A DNA stretch of 64,000 bases from Alphaproteobacteria bacterium. GTDB lineage: Bacteria; Pseudomonadota; Alphaproteobacteria; MPNO01; UBA830. The position numbers and the translations under genes are program-made. The stretch lies in NCBI GenBank assembly GCA_964291215.2, contig OZ219790.1:416001-480000 (forward strand), given 5' to 3'. This document shows, one piece after another, positions 20,892-30,543 of this stretch (the stretch's first letter is position 1; every line of letters starts with the position of its first letter). The notes under the pieces were generated by a model. It was given only the letters and a program-made list of their open reading frames with translations, did not search any database and was not told the DNA's origin.

Positions 20892-22273
20892 ATGACACAT
20901 TTCGACGACCCTTCGAGCGCCATCGGCGATCCGGTTCCGCCGTTCCTGATCGACTGGCTGGAGCCCTTTCGAGGCGCCTTCTCATCCCCGACCTGGCGGC
21001 TGGTGGCGGTTCTGGTCATGGGAGCGTTGCTGGCGCCGGGCAAGAGAACCGTGTCGGCCTGCCTGCGGGTGACCGGGCGGGCGATGTGCGAGACATTCTC
21101 GTCCTACCATCAGGTTCTCAATCGCGCCCGCTGGGACCCGCGTGACCTTTCACGCCGGCTCGTGCTCGTGCTGGTGGCGCGGCTTGCCGGGCAGGGACCG
21201 ATCATCATCGGGCTCGATGACACCATCGAGCGCCGCTGGGGCGCGCGTATCAAGGCGCGCGGCATCTATCGCGACCCGGTGCGTTCCAGCCATGGCCATT
21301 TCGTCAAGACCAGCGGGCTGCGCTGGCTCAGCTTCATGCTGCTTGTCCCGCTGCCCTGGTCGCCGGGCATCAGGGCCCTGCCCTTCCTGACCATCCTGGC
21401 CCCGTCCGAACGCTTCGCCGCCAGGCAAGGCCGGCGTCACAAGCAACTCACCGACTGGGCGCGACAGGGCATGCTTCAAATCCTTCGCTGGGTCCCGCAA
21501 CGCGCGATCGTCTTCGTCGCCGACAGCAGTTTCGGAACCCACGAACTCGCCTGGCGCATCGGACAGCGCGCAACCCTCATCAGCAGGCTGAGGCTCGATG
21601 CCAACCTCTTCGCGCCCCGCCGCCGCGCGACCCGAACAAACGCGGTCGACCCCGGCAAAAGGGGCCGCCCCTGCCCAAGCTCCAGACCCGCCTTGACGAC
21701 CCCGATGCCCGCTGGACAAGCATCACGCTTCCGCGCTGGTACGGAAGTCCGAAGGAAAAGACACTCCAGATCATCTCCGATACCGCGCTCTGGTATCGTC
21801 CCGGCACACCTCCCAAGGCCATCCGATGGGTGCTGGTGCGAGACCCGGAAGGCGAGCGGGACCCGCAGGCGTTCTTCTGCACCGACACCAACATGGAGCC
21901 GGCCAAGATCATCGCCACCTTCGTGCGGCGCTGGCAGGTCGAGGTCACCTTCCAGGAACTGCGCGCCCATCTCGGGCTCGAAACACAACGCCAGTGGTCA
22001 CACGCGGCGATCGCACGAACCACCCCCGTCCTCTGCGGGCTCTACAGCCTCGTCTGCCTCTGGGCCACAGACGTGCTCTCGACAAACCACCTGTCCTACG
22101 CCGCCGCCTGGTACCAGAAAACCAGCGTCACATTCTCCGATGCAATCGCGGCCATACGATGCCAACTCTGGCTTGGAAACAATTTATCGCGCTCCCCGCC
22201 AAACCGGGAACCAAACATAATTCCGCCCGACAAGATAATGCGTATGCAGTACGCCCTCTGCTTCGCAGCATAA
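20892..22273 (+). pseudogene. IS701-family DDE transposase, frameshifted near 21620
   Basis: IGLDDTIERRWG..GIYRDPVRSS, VADSSFG and RRWQVEVTFQE..LGLE in two frames. Confidence 0.85.
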
Positions 22274-22351
22274 TGCACAAAGTCGAGCTGAGAGCACGGT
22301 CAAAACCAGTCCAGGGCCGGGCGTCGGGTCGACGCGTCCGGGGCGCAGCCG

Positions 22352-22465
22352 GTTGACATCATCCGCCTGTTGCTGCTCACCGGCTGCCGCAAGGGTGAGA
22401 TCGTCTGCCTTCACCGGGAAGAAGTGAAGGGCGACCGGCTCGAACTCGCCGATAGCAAGACCGGG
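22352..22465 (+). pseudogene. Tyrosine integrase fragment
   Basis: Translates to VDIIRLLLLTGCRKGEI..LADSKTG, related to the integrases at 29-31 kb. Confidence 0.7.
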
Positions 22466-22533
22466 CTGAAAACCGCCCTGCTGAATGCCGAGGGGCAGAC
22501 GTAAAAGTCGCCGACTGAGCGGAAGACAGCGCT

Positions 22534-22962
22534 CTACTTACGCCAACTCCCTGACCATAGACCACGCCATATTCGTACGATCCGTGATCGAAGAGCCCGA
22601 CGGCTCCGTGTTGAGTCCAGCAAACGGGCCCGCTCGCCGTCGACATACTCCGAATGACGACTTGGATCGATCCCCTCCAACCAAATCACCGCGTTATCCC
22701 GTATCACGTAGTGGCTGCCGCAGCCGGAATTGGCCCACACGGATCCACCCGTAGGACCGTCCAGCGAGACCGACTTCCCATCGAAGTGAACGTGCCATCG
22801 ACTGGGGTGGAGGGACAGCACCGTCAGATCGCCGCATCCGCAAGGGCAGCGCAGGTTGACAGTCCGATGTTTGTGGCTGATCCAAAGCTCGCCGGTTTTG
22901 ATTTGGTCGAACTTGGGCAGCACCTCTACGAAGACAGGGCAGAGTTTCACGGGCATTCTCAC
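22534..22962 (-). CDS. DUF6527-family protein
   Basis: GELWIS..CPCGCG..LSL...W..SV...GCGSHYVIR..VIW pattern. GTGA overlap with the ThiF gene. Confidence 0.8.
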   Translation of the reverse strand: MRMPVKLCPVFVEVLPKFDQIKTGELWISHKHRTVNLRCPCGCGDLTVLSLHPSRWHVHFDGKSVSLDGPTGGSVWANSGCGSHYVIRDNAVIWLEGIDPSRHSEYVDGERARLLDSTRSRRALRSRIVRIWRGLWSGSWRK

Positions 22963-24161
22963 CGCGAGTCATTCGCTCTGACACTGACAATGCGCGGGGT
23001 TTCGAGTCGGAATTTATAGAGGAACGAAGCCGACTCCGACACATACTGCTCCGTGCGGCGCCGCCACTCCATCACGGCGAGCGACGCCGCCAACGCGTTC
23101 ACTTCCGGTAACTGGACGTTGTGATAGCCGGGCACACTGCCCTCGATTCTAGCGTTCGGTATGGCCTCCTTCCATGCCTCAGACCCAGCGGCATAGGCGC
23201 TTGTCGTCACGGCGCCTCTAACAGCGCAGTCTTCCAGCGCTATGCTCACGCCCGAATCTATAAACGGAACCTTCGTCTCAGAGAGTGCGCAGTAGACGGC
23301 ATCCTGACGCGACGAATCGCCGTTGGTCAGCTGGTCGATACACACGAATGCATAGTCGATGGGGTGTGCCGACAGAAACTTGCCGAAAATTGACGGACTG
23401 TCTACCCGGACAGCGTGCGCGTGGATGCCTTCCCGGAGAGGTGTATACTTGGAGAAGTAGTAGTCTACTTTGCGCAAATGTTCCTTTTTGCACGACTCAA
23501 CCTCCTCGGCTGTAGGTGCACCGGGCGCACGCATCAAATTGTGCCAGTTAACGTCGTCTGAATCCAGTAGATGAATTTCCTTCACGGGTGTTTTTGCGAC
23601 AAGATCGAGGACGTAGGCGCCTGTTCCGCCCAGACCAATGATCGCAATCCGTTGACTACGGATGCGATCCTGAACCGGCCTCAACGCCGCTCGTGCCTCG
23701 AACGTGTTGGGTATCTTGAAAGGCTCCTGCTTCGCTAGAGAAGCGGTTTCGTAGTAACCGGCCTCCGACACGGCCCCGACGATCTGCTTCGCGTAGCGGT
23801 GAATCAAGTCATCCACCGACCCATCCTCCTCCGGACTGCCTTGCCCACCTTTCTTGATGGAAATGATCGACCAAGTCTTTCCATCGCCGGCGATGTAGTT
23901 CTCGATCGGGGTTCCATCCGCGTGGTACACGCGCCCGTCGAGTTCTTCGTCAGTGATGATCCGCACCGCATGGATCGCGTCGCCTATCTGATCATTCGGC
24001 TTCCCGTTCGCGCGGTCGTACGACTTCTCTATAGTGCAAGTGCCAACGCCCCTGTCTGCAAGGAGACAAGGCACCCCCACGGCCCGGACGACATCGGAAT
24101 CGACTCTGATGCTAAACCCGGCCTGCTCACCGAACGCTTTGAGGCGATTCCTACGAGACAT
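22959..24161 (-). CDS. E2-like (DUF6791-like) + ThiF/E1 adenylyltransferase fusion (400 aa)
   Basis: IAIIGLGGTGAYVLDLVAKTPVKEIHLLDSD..HNLMRAPG, FVCID, FIDSG and YHNVQLPEVNALAA. ATG 24161 overlaps the end of the Ubl gene. Confidence 0.85.
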   Translation of the reverse strand: MSRRNRLKAFGEQAGFSIRVDSDVVRAVGVPCLLADRGVGTCTIEKSYDRANGKPNDQIGDAIHAVRIITDEELDGRVYHADGTPIENYIAGDGKTWSIISIKKGGQGSPEEDGSVDDLIHRYAKQIVGAVSEAGYYETASLAKQEPFKIPNTFEARAALRPVQDRIRSQRIAIIGLGGTGAYVLDLVAKTPVKEIHLLDSDDVNWHNLMRAPGAPTAEEVESCKKEHLRKVDYYFSKYTPLREGIHAHAVRVDSPSIFGKFLSAHPIDYAFVCIDQLTNGDSSRQDAVYCALSETKVPFIDSGVSIALEDCAVRGAVTTSAYAAGSEAWKEAIPNARIEGSVPGYHNVQLPEVNALAASLAVMEWRRRTEQYVSESASFLYKFRLETPRIVSVRANDSR

Positions 24162-24399
24162 GCTCGGGGTCGACCGAAAAGCTTGTGCCGTCCTTGACTT
24201 TAACATCCTTGCTCGGCAAGAGAACACCATCCTCGTCCTTGAAATCGTCTTTGTAGTCGATGCCGGGTGTACCGATGATGTGCTTGTTCTCTGCCTTGTG
24301 CAGCTTGTTCCAGATCTTTACGACCTCGGCATAGTTAACAATATGGCCGGGGACTTTGTACACTCGACCGCTCACGTAGATCTCCGTGTCGCCATTCAT
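24151..24399 (-). CDS. Single-domain ubiquitin-like (multi-ubiquitin family) protein, 82 aa, ending in Ser
   Basis: IYVSGRVYKV..VNYAEVVK..IDY..GVLLPSKDVKVKDGTSFSV fits the beta-grasp Multi_ubiq pattern. GGAGAAG RBS. Sits first in an operon with an E1. Confidence 0.7.
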   Translation of the reverse strand: MNGDTEIYVSGRVYKVPGHIVNYAEVVKIWNKLHKAENKHIIGTPGIDYKDDFKDEDGVLLPSKDVKVKDGTSFSVDPEHVS

Positions 24400-24826
24400 C
24401 GTTTTACTTCTCCGATTGTTGGAGGTTGAAGGGAATTCGAACCACTCGGCCCAATTGTACATCATGGCAACCCGATGTTCGTCGAAGCACGGGTGGGTCT
24501 TGGCGCTCCGCGCTTCCCGGCGCCATAATCTCCGACCTCAATCCGGGCTCGCACGGCATGATCTCCGTGTAACAGCAATGCGCCTCTGCCGTACGAACTC
24601 CGCCGCCCCTTCGGTCAGATCCAGGGTCCTCCGAAGGCCAACGAATCTCGTCACTGCATCGCCGCCCTCGATACCAGTGTATTGTTGGGCAGCCTGATGG
24701 CGCGACGGTCCGACCCACCTTGTCACAGGTGCCGCGGTGATCTATCGTGTATGCCCATGCAGTCCACGGGCAGATAGCCTTACGCGGTGCTGACGAGATC
24801 CATTGATGCATGCGTCTCACTGAGAT

Positions 24827-24870
24827 TGTTGTCCGTACAGACAACATAAGCCACCGCGGCCGCATGTCAA
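24827..24870 (-). promoter_or_regulatory. Sigma70-like promoter for the Ubl operon overlapped by a palindromic operator
   Basis: Minus strand TTGACA (24870-24865), 16 nt, TATGTT (24848-24843). Near-perfect 20-bp palindrome TGTTGTCCGTACAGACAACA at 24827-24846. Confidence 0.65.
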
Positions 24871-24880
24871 GGGGAGAGCG

Positions 24881-25264
24881 ATGTCGTTCGGCTACACGCT
24901 GAGGAGGTTCCGGGAAGCCCGTGGTCTGAGCTTACGCGAGTTCGGCAAGCTCTGCGGAATCGACCACGCGTACATCCACCGGCTCGAACGGGAGGAAAAG
25001 ACGGCTCCCTCCGAGCAAGTGGTCGACACCTTCGTCCGCACCTTGAAGCTCAACTCTCGAAGGGCGCGCCTGCTGCGCCTGCTGGTCGGGAAGACGATCA
25101 ACCGTACCCTCATCGACGTGTTCATCGAAGACGAGCAGCGACCGCTGGACCTACTAGAGCCTGCTCACCAGATGAGCTTCCGGGGAACGCGCCCTGAAGC
25201 CAAGGACGACTGGCGCCGGCATGTCGATCGTTTGGCTCGCCTGTTCGATGAAGACGACGAATGA
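24881..25264 (+). CDS. XRE/HTH transcriptional regulator (CapH-like)
   Basis: FGYTLRRFREARGLSLREFGKLCGIDHAYIHRLEREEKTAPS. GGAGAG RBS. Confidence 0.9.
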   Translation: MSFGYTLRRFREARGLSLREFGKLCGIDHAYIHRLEREEKTAPSEQVVDTFVRTLKLNSRRARLLRLLVGKTINRTLIDVFIEDEQRPLDLLEPAHQMSFRGTRPEAKDDWRRHVDRLARLFDEDDE

Positions 25265-26146
25265 ATGGACGAGTTCCCGACGATTCTCAGTGCTCGCCAG
25301 TTCCTTCGGGACGCTGGCAACGACTCTGTGCCCGTCGACGTCGGGCGCTTGGCTGCGGCAGCCAACGCGAAGATCAAGGTCGCTTACGATCTCGCCGACG
25401 ATGAATCTGGCCAGACCACCCGGTTCAAAGGAACACACGTCATCATCGTCAACGGCAATCACACGGAGGAGCGGCAGCGCTTCACCGTGCTTCATGAAAT
25501 CGCCCACATCGTTCTTGGACTGCCTTCCCAGCACCACGGCTCGACGCTCAAGACCGACGTGCTTCTCCGGTACGGACGGCGACCCGAGGAAGAAGTGCTT
25601 TGTGATGTTTTCGCTGCCGAGTGCCTGCTTCCTTACCACCCGTTTGCCGAACAAGTCGCCGACTCGGAAATCTCCCTGAATGCCGTGAAGTCGCTTGCCC
25701 GAGAATACAAGGCATCATTGACCACGACGGGATCGAGATTCGCTCTGAATGCGAGAGAGCCCTGTGCGTTCGTCCTCAGCGAGAACGGGCGGATCCGTTA
25801 TGTGTCCCGGTCGAAATACCTGAATGAGCTGAAGGGATGGATCAATTTCAACGCCTCTGTGCCGCAAGGCAGCGTCGCGCAGCGCCTGATCGAGGGTGGT
25901 CCGAAGATCGAGGATTACGACGAACTCCCAACAGATGTCTGGTTCGACGGAGGCGTCAGGAACCGACCATTGATTGCTGAGGAAGCCATCCTCCTGCGGG
26001 ACTGGAATCAATGTCTTTCACTCATCTGGTTTGACGAGCGCCTGACACCAGTCCGGGAGCGCCGGGACGAGGATGAAAAGGTTGAGCCTTTGCTCCAACA
26101 GCTTGACGGTACACTACCGTGGCCATCCAGAAGTCGCCGTGGATAG
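25265..26146 (+). CDS. ImmA/IrrE-family Zn metallopeptidase (CapP-like)
   Basis: RQRFTVLHEIAH (HExxH), EEVLCDVFAAECLLP and a C-terminal GAF-like extension. Abuts the HTH gene. Confidence 0.9.
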   Translation: MDEFPTILSARQFLRDAGNDSVPVDVGRLAAAANAKIKVAYDLADDESGQTTRFKGTHVIIVNGNHTEERQRFTVLHEIAHIVLGLPSQHHGSTLKTDVLLRYGRRPEEEVLCDVFAAECLLPYHPFAEQVADSEISLNAVKSLAREYKASLTTTGSRFALNAREPCAFVLSENGRIRYVSRSKYLNELKGWINFNASVPQGSVAQRLIEGGPKIEDYDELPTDVWFDGGVRNRPLIAEEAILLRDWNQCLSLIWFDERLTPVRERRDEDEKVEPLLQQLDGTLPWPSRSRRG

Positions 26147-26676
26147 GTGCGGCTTCTGGCGACATTTGACGGCGATTCCTGCGTGATTTGACGATACTTT
26201 TTGGCCATTGCGCTGTCTCTCCGGGGACTGTTGCCGGAGTTGTTCAGCTCTCCTCCGTGACGTTGTGGGCTAGCCAGAGGCCAGCCCAGTGCGAACGTAA
26301 GCGAACCCTGTTTGTCATGCAAAGGCGGTTGGGCGCGGTGGCGAGCTCTTCATGTCGAGTGATCCTCCGCCGAGATGCGCCGGTCTTTCTTCCATCACTC
26401 TCCGGTCGGCTTTTTCTTGCGTAGCGTAAATTTCATTCAGCCGCCGCTGCCGTTCCAGCAAGCTTCATTCCGCAACGATGACGAAAAGCAGCGAGGCGAT
26501 TTCAAGCACGTCTCTCGGCCGGATGCCGTAGCGTTCGGCCACAAAGCGCAGGGCGGACGGAACGTGGCGCGACATCAACCGCTGCATCCTGGGTAAGGCC
26601 CAACGGCGGTCGATTTGCCTCTGGGTCGGGCGGCGTTGTCAGCGTGCCCCACTCGACGACGAGTGCCTTGCCCAAG

Positions 26677-26711
26677 TGATCTGCCCCCGTCGACTGGTCC
26701 AGGGTGAATAT
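26677..26711 (+). mobile_element. Orphan IS3-family-like terminus, cut by the IS5 insertion
   Basis: TGATCTGCCCCCGTCGACTGGTCCA resembles IS3-family terminal repeats. No transposase follows. Confidence 0.4.
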
Positions 26712-26713
26712 TA

Positions 26714-27547
26714 GGTCGTGTACCCATAAGGGGTTTCTTCTTCAGCGAAGCTGTGATTCAAGCTCCCAACTTCAGGGAGCGAGGACATGGGCCGGTACGA
26801 TCTGACGGACTTCGAATGGCGGGTGATCAAGCCGTTGCTGCCGAACAAGACCCGTGGGGTGCCGCGGGTTGACGACCGGCGGGTGTTGAACGGCATTCTG
26901 TGGGTGCTTCGCGCGGGGGCGCCGGCGAGACCTGCCGGAGCACTACGGGCCTTATACGACCTGCTACAACCGGTTCAACCGCTGGCGCAAGAAGGGCATC
27001 TGGGATCAGTTGATGGATGCGGTGGTGGAGGCTCACGACGGCAATGTGCAGATGATCGACAGTTCGAGCGTCCGGGTTCACCAGCATGCGGCGGGATCAA
27101 AAAGGGGGTCCGGATCGTTGCATGGGCCGTTCTCGTGGCGGACTGACCACGAAGATCCACGCCGTGTCGGACGTGAGCGGCCTGCCGGTCCGCTATGACC
27201 TCAGCCCTGGCCAGGCGCACGACACCACGGCCGCCGGTGCCATGCTGGCGACCCTGCCGCCCGACAGTTTCCTCATCGCCGACAAGGCCTATGACGCCAA
27301 ATGGATCCGTGACCTGATCGAGCAACACGATGCCGTCCCGATCATCCCCGACCGCGAAGGCGCGAAGACCAGGCACGCTTTCTCCAAACCCTTGTATAAA
27401 TTGCGAAACCGGATCGAACGCGCCTTCAACAAACTCAAGCAGTTCCGCCGCATCGCCACCCGATACGAAAAGCTCGCGGCCAACTTCCTCGCCATGATCA
27501 AGATCGCTACTGTCAGGCTCTGGCTACGCGCTTATGAGTCCACGGCC
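26714..27547 (+). mobile_element. IS5-family element (two-ORF transposase, 26787-27550) with an additional inactivating frameshift
   Basis: IRs GGTCGTGTACCCATAAG / CTTATGAGTCCACGGCC flanked by TA. MGRYDLTDFEW, GRSRGGLTTKIH, ADKAYD and RNRIERAFNKLKQFRRIATRYEK. Slippery AAAAAGGGGG near 27100 and a further break near 26925. Confidence 0.88.
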
Positions 27548-28728
27548 TAGTCATCTGAATCTAAAGTTCGTGGCATAAGTTTTGTTCGACGCGGAGACAG
27601 AAGCGCTTGACGGCGGCGAGGATTTCGTCAGCTGATTTGGTCCATTTGAAGGGCTTGGGATTTTCGTTGTGGGTTTCGATGAAGGCCCGGATGTCGGTTT
27701 CGAGTTGCAGGGTCGAGCGGCCGCGTTGCAACTGCTTGCGGGTCAGTTCGGCGAACCAGCGCTCGACCTGGTTGAGCCACGAGGCGGATGTCGGCGTGAA
27801 GTGGACGTGCCAGTGCGGCCGCCGGGCCAGCCAGGCTTTGACCGCGGCGGTCTTGTGGGTGGCGTAGTTGTCCATGACGATGTGGATGTCGAGCCCGTCC
27901 GGGACATTGCGGTCGATCACCTTGAGGAAGTCGAGGAACTCCCTGGCCCGGTGGCGGCGATAGCACTTGGCGATCACCGCACCGGTGGCGATGTCCAGCG
28001 CCGCGAACAGCGAGGTCGTGCCGTTGCGCTTGTAATCGTGGGTGCGCCGCTCAGGGATGCCGGGCAGCATCGGCAGGACCGGCTGGGTGCGGTCGAGGGC
28101 CTGGATCCGGCTCTTTTCGTCGACGCAGAGCACCAGCGCGCGGTCCGGCGGCGAGAGGTAGAGGCCGACAATGTCGCGGACCTTGTCCACGAAGTGCGGA
28201 TCGGCCGACAGCTTGAACGTCTCAGCCCGGTGCGGCTGCAGGCCGAAGGCGCCCCAGAGGCGCCAGATCGACGTGTGTGACAGCCCCGCCTCCTTCGCCA
28301 TCGAGCGCAGCGACCAGTGGGTCGCGTCCGCAGGCGTCGAGGTGAGCGTGCGCTCGATCACTTCCGCCACTTTCTCGTCCGCGATGCTCCGCGGGCGCCC
28401 CGGACGGGGCTCGTCCGAAAGCCCCTCGATGCGGTTCTTGACGAAACGCCTGCGCCACTTGCCGACGGTGTGCTCATGCATGCCGAGTTCTGCGGCTACC
28501 GCCTTGTTGCCCAGCCCGTCAGCGCAACGCAGGATCATGCGGCAGCGATCCGACAGCGAGCGCGCCACACGGTGACGCCGAACCTGCGCTTCCAGAAACG
28601 ACCGTTCCTCATCGCTCAAGACCAAGGCCGCCAGCGGCCGTCCCTTACCGCGCCCCATCAAGATGACCTCCTTTGTCTGACCCGGAAGACCATCTTACAA
28701 TGAACTCTACTTCAGTGCCAGATGACTA
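27548..28728 (-). mobile_element. IS630-family element, transposase 27561-28661
   Basis: IRs TAGTCATCTGAATCTAAAG / CTTCAGTGCCAGATGACTA with TA at both ends. Motifs CVDEKS, MDNYATH and WLNQVERWF. Confidence 0.92.
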
Positions 28729-28940
28729 GGTCCTGTGGACGGATTTGATCAGGATGAAGGCGGCGGTGAATGCGACGAAGAAACTGAAGTTTGTGGCCGT
28801 TTTTTCGCAACGCAAGGCGATGCGTTTGAAGCGTTTGATCTTGCCGACGGCCTGTTCGGCGCGGGCGCGGGGGCCGTAGAGCGCCCTTGCGAACCACTTC
28901 GGCCTGTTTTGATGTTCCTGATCGGCGATCTGGGAGGTGT
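28726..28940 (-). pseudogene. 3-prime fragment and right end of a second IS5-family transposase
   Basis: RARAEQAVGKIKRFKRIALRCEKT..LIKSVHRT stop. Confidence 0.8.
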
Positions 28941-28984
28941 GCGGATGGTAGTATGAGCTATTTCTTGCAATGAGTTGAGCGCAA

Positions 28985-29249
28985 TCAGGCGCGCCGCGGC
29001 CATGTACATCCTGATCGGCACCGCTAGGCTCAACAAGGCCGATCCTCAGGCTTGGCTCGTCGATGTGCCCGCCCGCATCGCCGGAACGCCGCAGAGCCGG
29101 CTCGACGGGCCCTTTCCCTGGAACTGGCGGGACGACCGGCAACCCGATCAGGGCGCATGGCCAAAGACCCTGCCTGGCGCTCCCCGATCAGCTCGACGTC
29201 CGCGACAAACTCAGATCTCTATACCCTGCGGTCTTCGGCGGATGCTTGC
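28985..29249 (+). pseudogene. IS66 TnpC C-terminal fragment and degenerate right end
   Basis: RAAAMYILIGTARLNKADPQAWL..PWNW, followed by GCGGTCTTCGGCGGATGCTTGC (IS66-type end). Confidence 0.75.
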
Positions 29250-30543
29250 ATCCGATCGCTCCGGATCCCCGGTTCTGCCCCGAAGAGGAACCCCCTCCCC
29301 CTCTGGCGCAATTGGCTTTCCGGGACCCGGGAGCCCGGGCGTGGCAGCCGACACATCGCCGTGTTCCGCCTCGTCCGGCATTGGAGGCGCCTCCGCCCTG
29401 TATCCCATGGCGCGCGCGATGACGGCCGCGGCCTGCGCGGCGGCGTCCCGCAGCGCGCCGTCGTCGAGATGGGCGTAGATCGCGGTGGTCTCCCGCTTGC
29501 GGTGTCCGAGCAGCCGCCCGACGGTGGTGAGCCCGACGCCGTTCATGACGCCCTGCGAGGCCCAGGTGTGGCGGCAGTCGTGGATGCGAAGACCCGGAAG
29601 CCCCGCCTCGTCGCGTATGCCGACCCAGAAAGTATAGAGCCTTGCCGTCGTGAGGTTGTCGGGAAACACTCGCTCCCGGCCATCCGGTCGCGGCAGTTCC
29701 GCGATCAGCCTTGCCGCTTCCGGCCCCAGCCAGATGGTGCGCGGCCCGGTCTTGGAGTCTTCGATGCGCGCGCTCGCGCCGTCTCCGCCCAGCTCTCCGA
29801 TCTCGTCCCACCTGAGGTTGATGACTTCGGAGAGCCGCGCCCCGGTGAGCGTCAACAGCCGGATGGCCGCCACCGGCCAGGGATGCTGTTCCCGGTGGCG
29901 GTCGAGCACCGCGCCGAGACGCTCCAGCTCTTCGCGGCTGAGATAGCGCGCGACAGGCTTGCGGGGGTTCTTCACGATGTTGGCGCAGGCGTCGGGGACA
30001 TGCTCGCCGATGTCGCCCCACTGCCGGGCCGTCCCGAGCATGGCGCGGAGTATCTCGAAGGCGCGGTTGGCGGCGCCTGTCCGCGCTGGCGGCGTCGAAC
30101 CATGCCGAGACCCGCGCATGGTCGATGGCGTCGAGCCGGAGCCTGCCGAAATGCGGCATCAGGCGGTTCTTCAGGTAGATGTCGAAGGTCTCGAGCGAGG
30201 ACGGCTTCCAGCGGTGTTTCCGCCGCGAGCGGTAACGGGCGGCGAAGTCCCGGAACAGCGGCGCCTTCTCCTTGCGCGGCGGCGTCACGTCCTCGCCGCC
30301 CCACAGGCGGGCGAGCACGGCCGCGCCTTCCCGGCGGGCCGCGTCGAGAGGCAGTTCGGGGAAGCGCCCGAGGGTGATCTTGCGCATGCGTCCCCGGACG
30401 CGGGTCTGGACGATCCAGGACCGGACGCCGGAGGGCTGTATCCGCACCCCGAAATGCGCCAGCAGATTGTCCCACAGGGTGTATTCCCGTTCCGCCGGCT
30501 TGGCGACGGCCTTCACGGTGAGCCGGTGCCTGCGGCCGCTCAT
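29211..30543 (-). pseudogene. Tyrosine integrase with arm-binding domain, frameshifted near 30080
   Basis: LWDNLLAHFGVRIQPSG, LTGARLSEV, DSKTG, RIHDCRHTWAS and LLGH..TTAIY. Confidence 0.88.

Larger units (their letters stand above)
20473..22287 (+). mobile_element. IS701-like insertion sequence with a passenger gene
   Basis: IRL CTCGACTTTGTACA (20473-20486) and IRR TGCACAAAGTCGAG (22274-22287). 5-bp target duplication CTGAG at 20468-20472 and 22288-22292. Confidence 0.85.

Noticed and set aside
24415-24450. tRNA-like 3-prime end (GGTTCGAATTCCCTTCAACCTCCA, minus strand) as a tRNA or att site
   Set aside because: No cloverleaf, no paired T-stem and no second copy in the window. Kept only as part of the leader observation.
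26008-26322. 104-aa minus-strand ORF overlapping the IrrE gene end
   Set aside because: It overlaps a real gene in antisense and has no recognisable motif.
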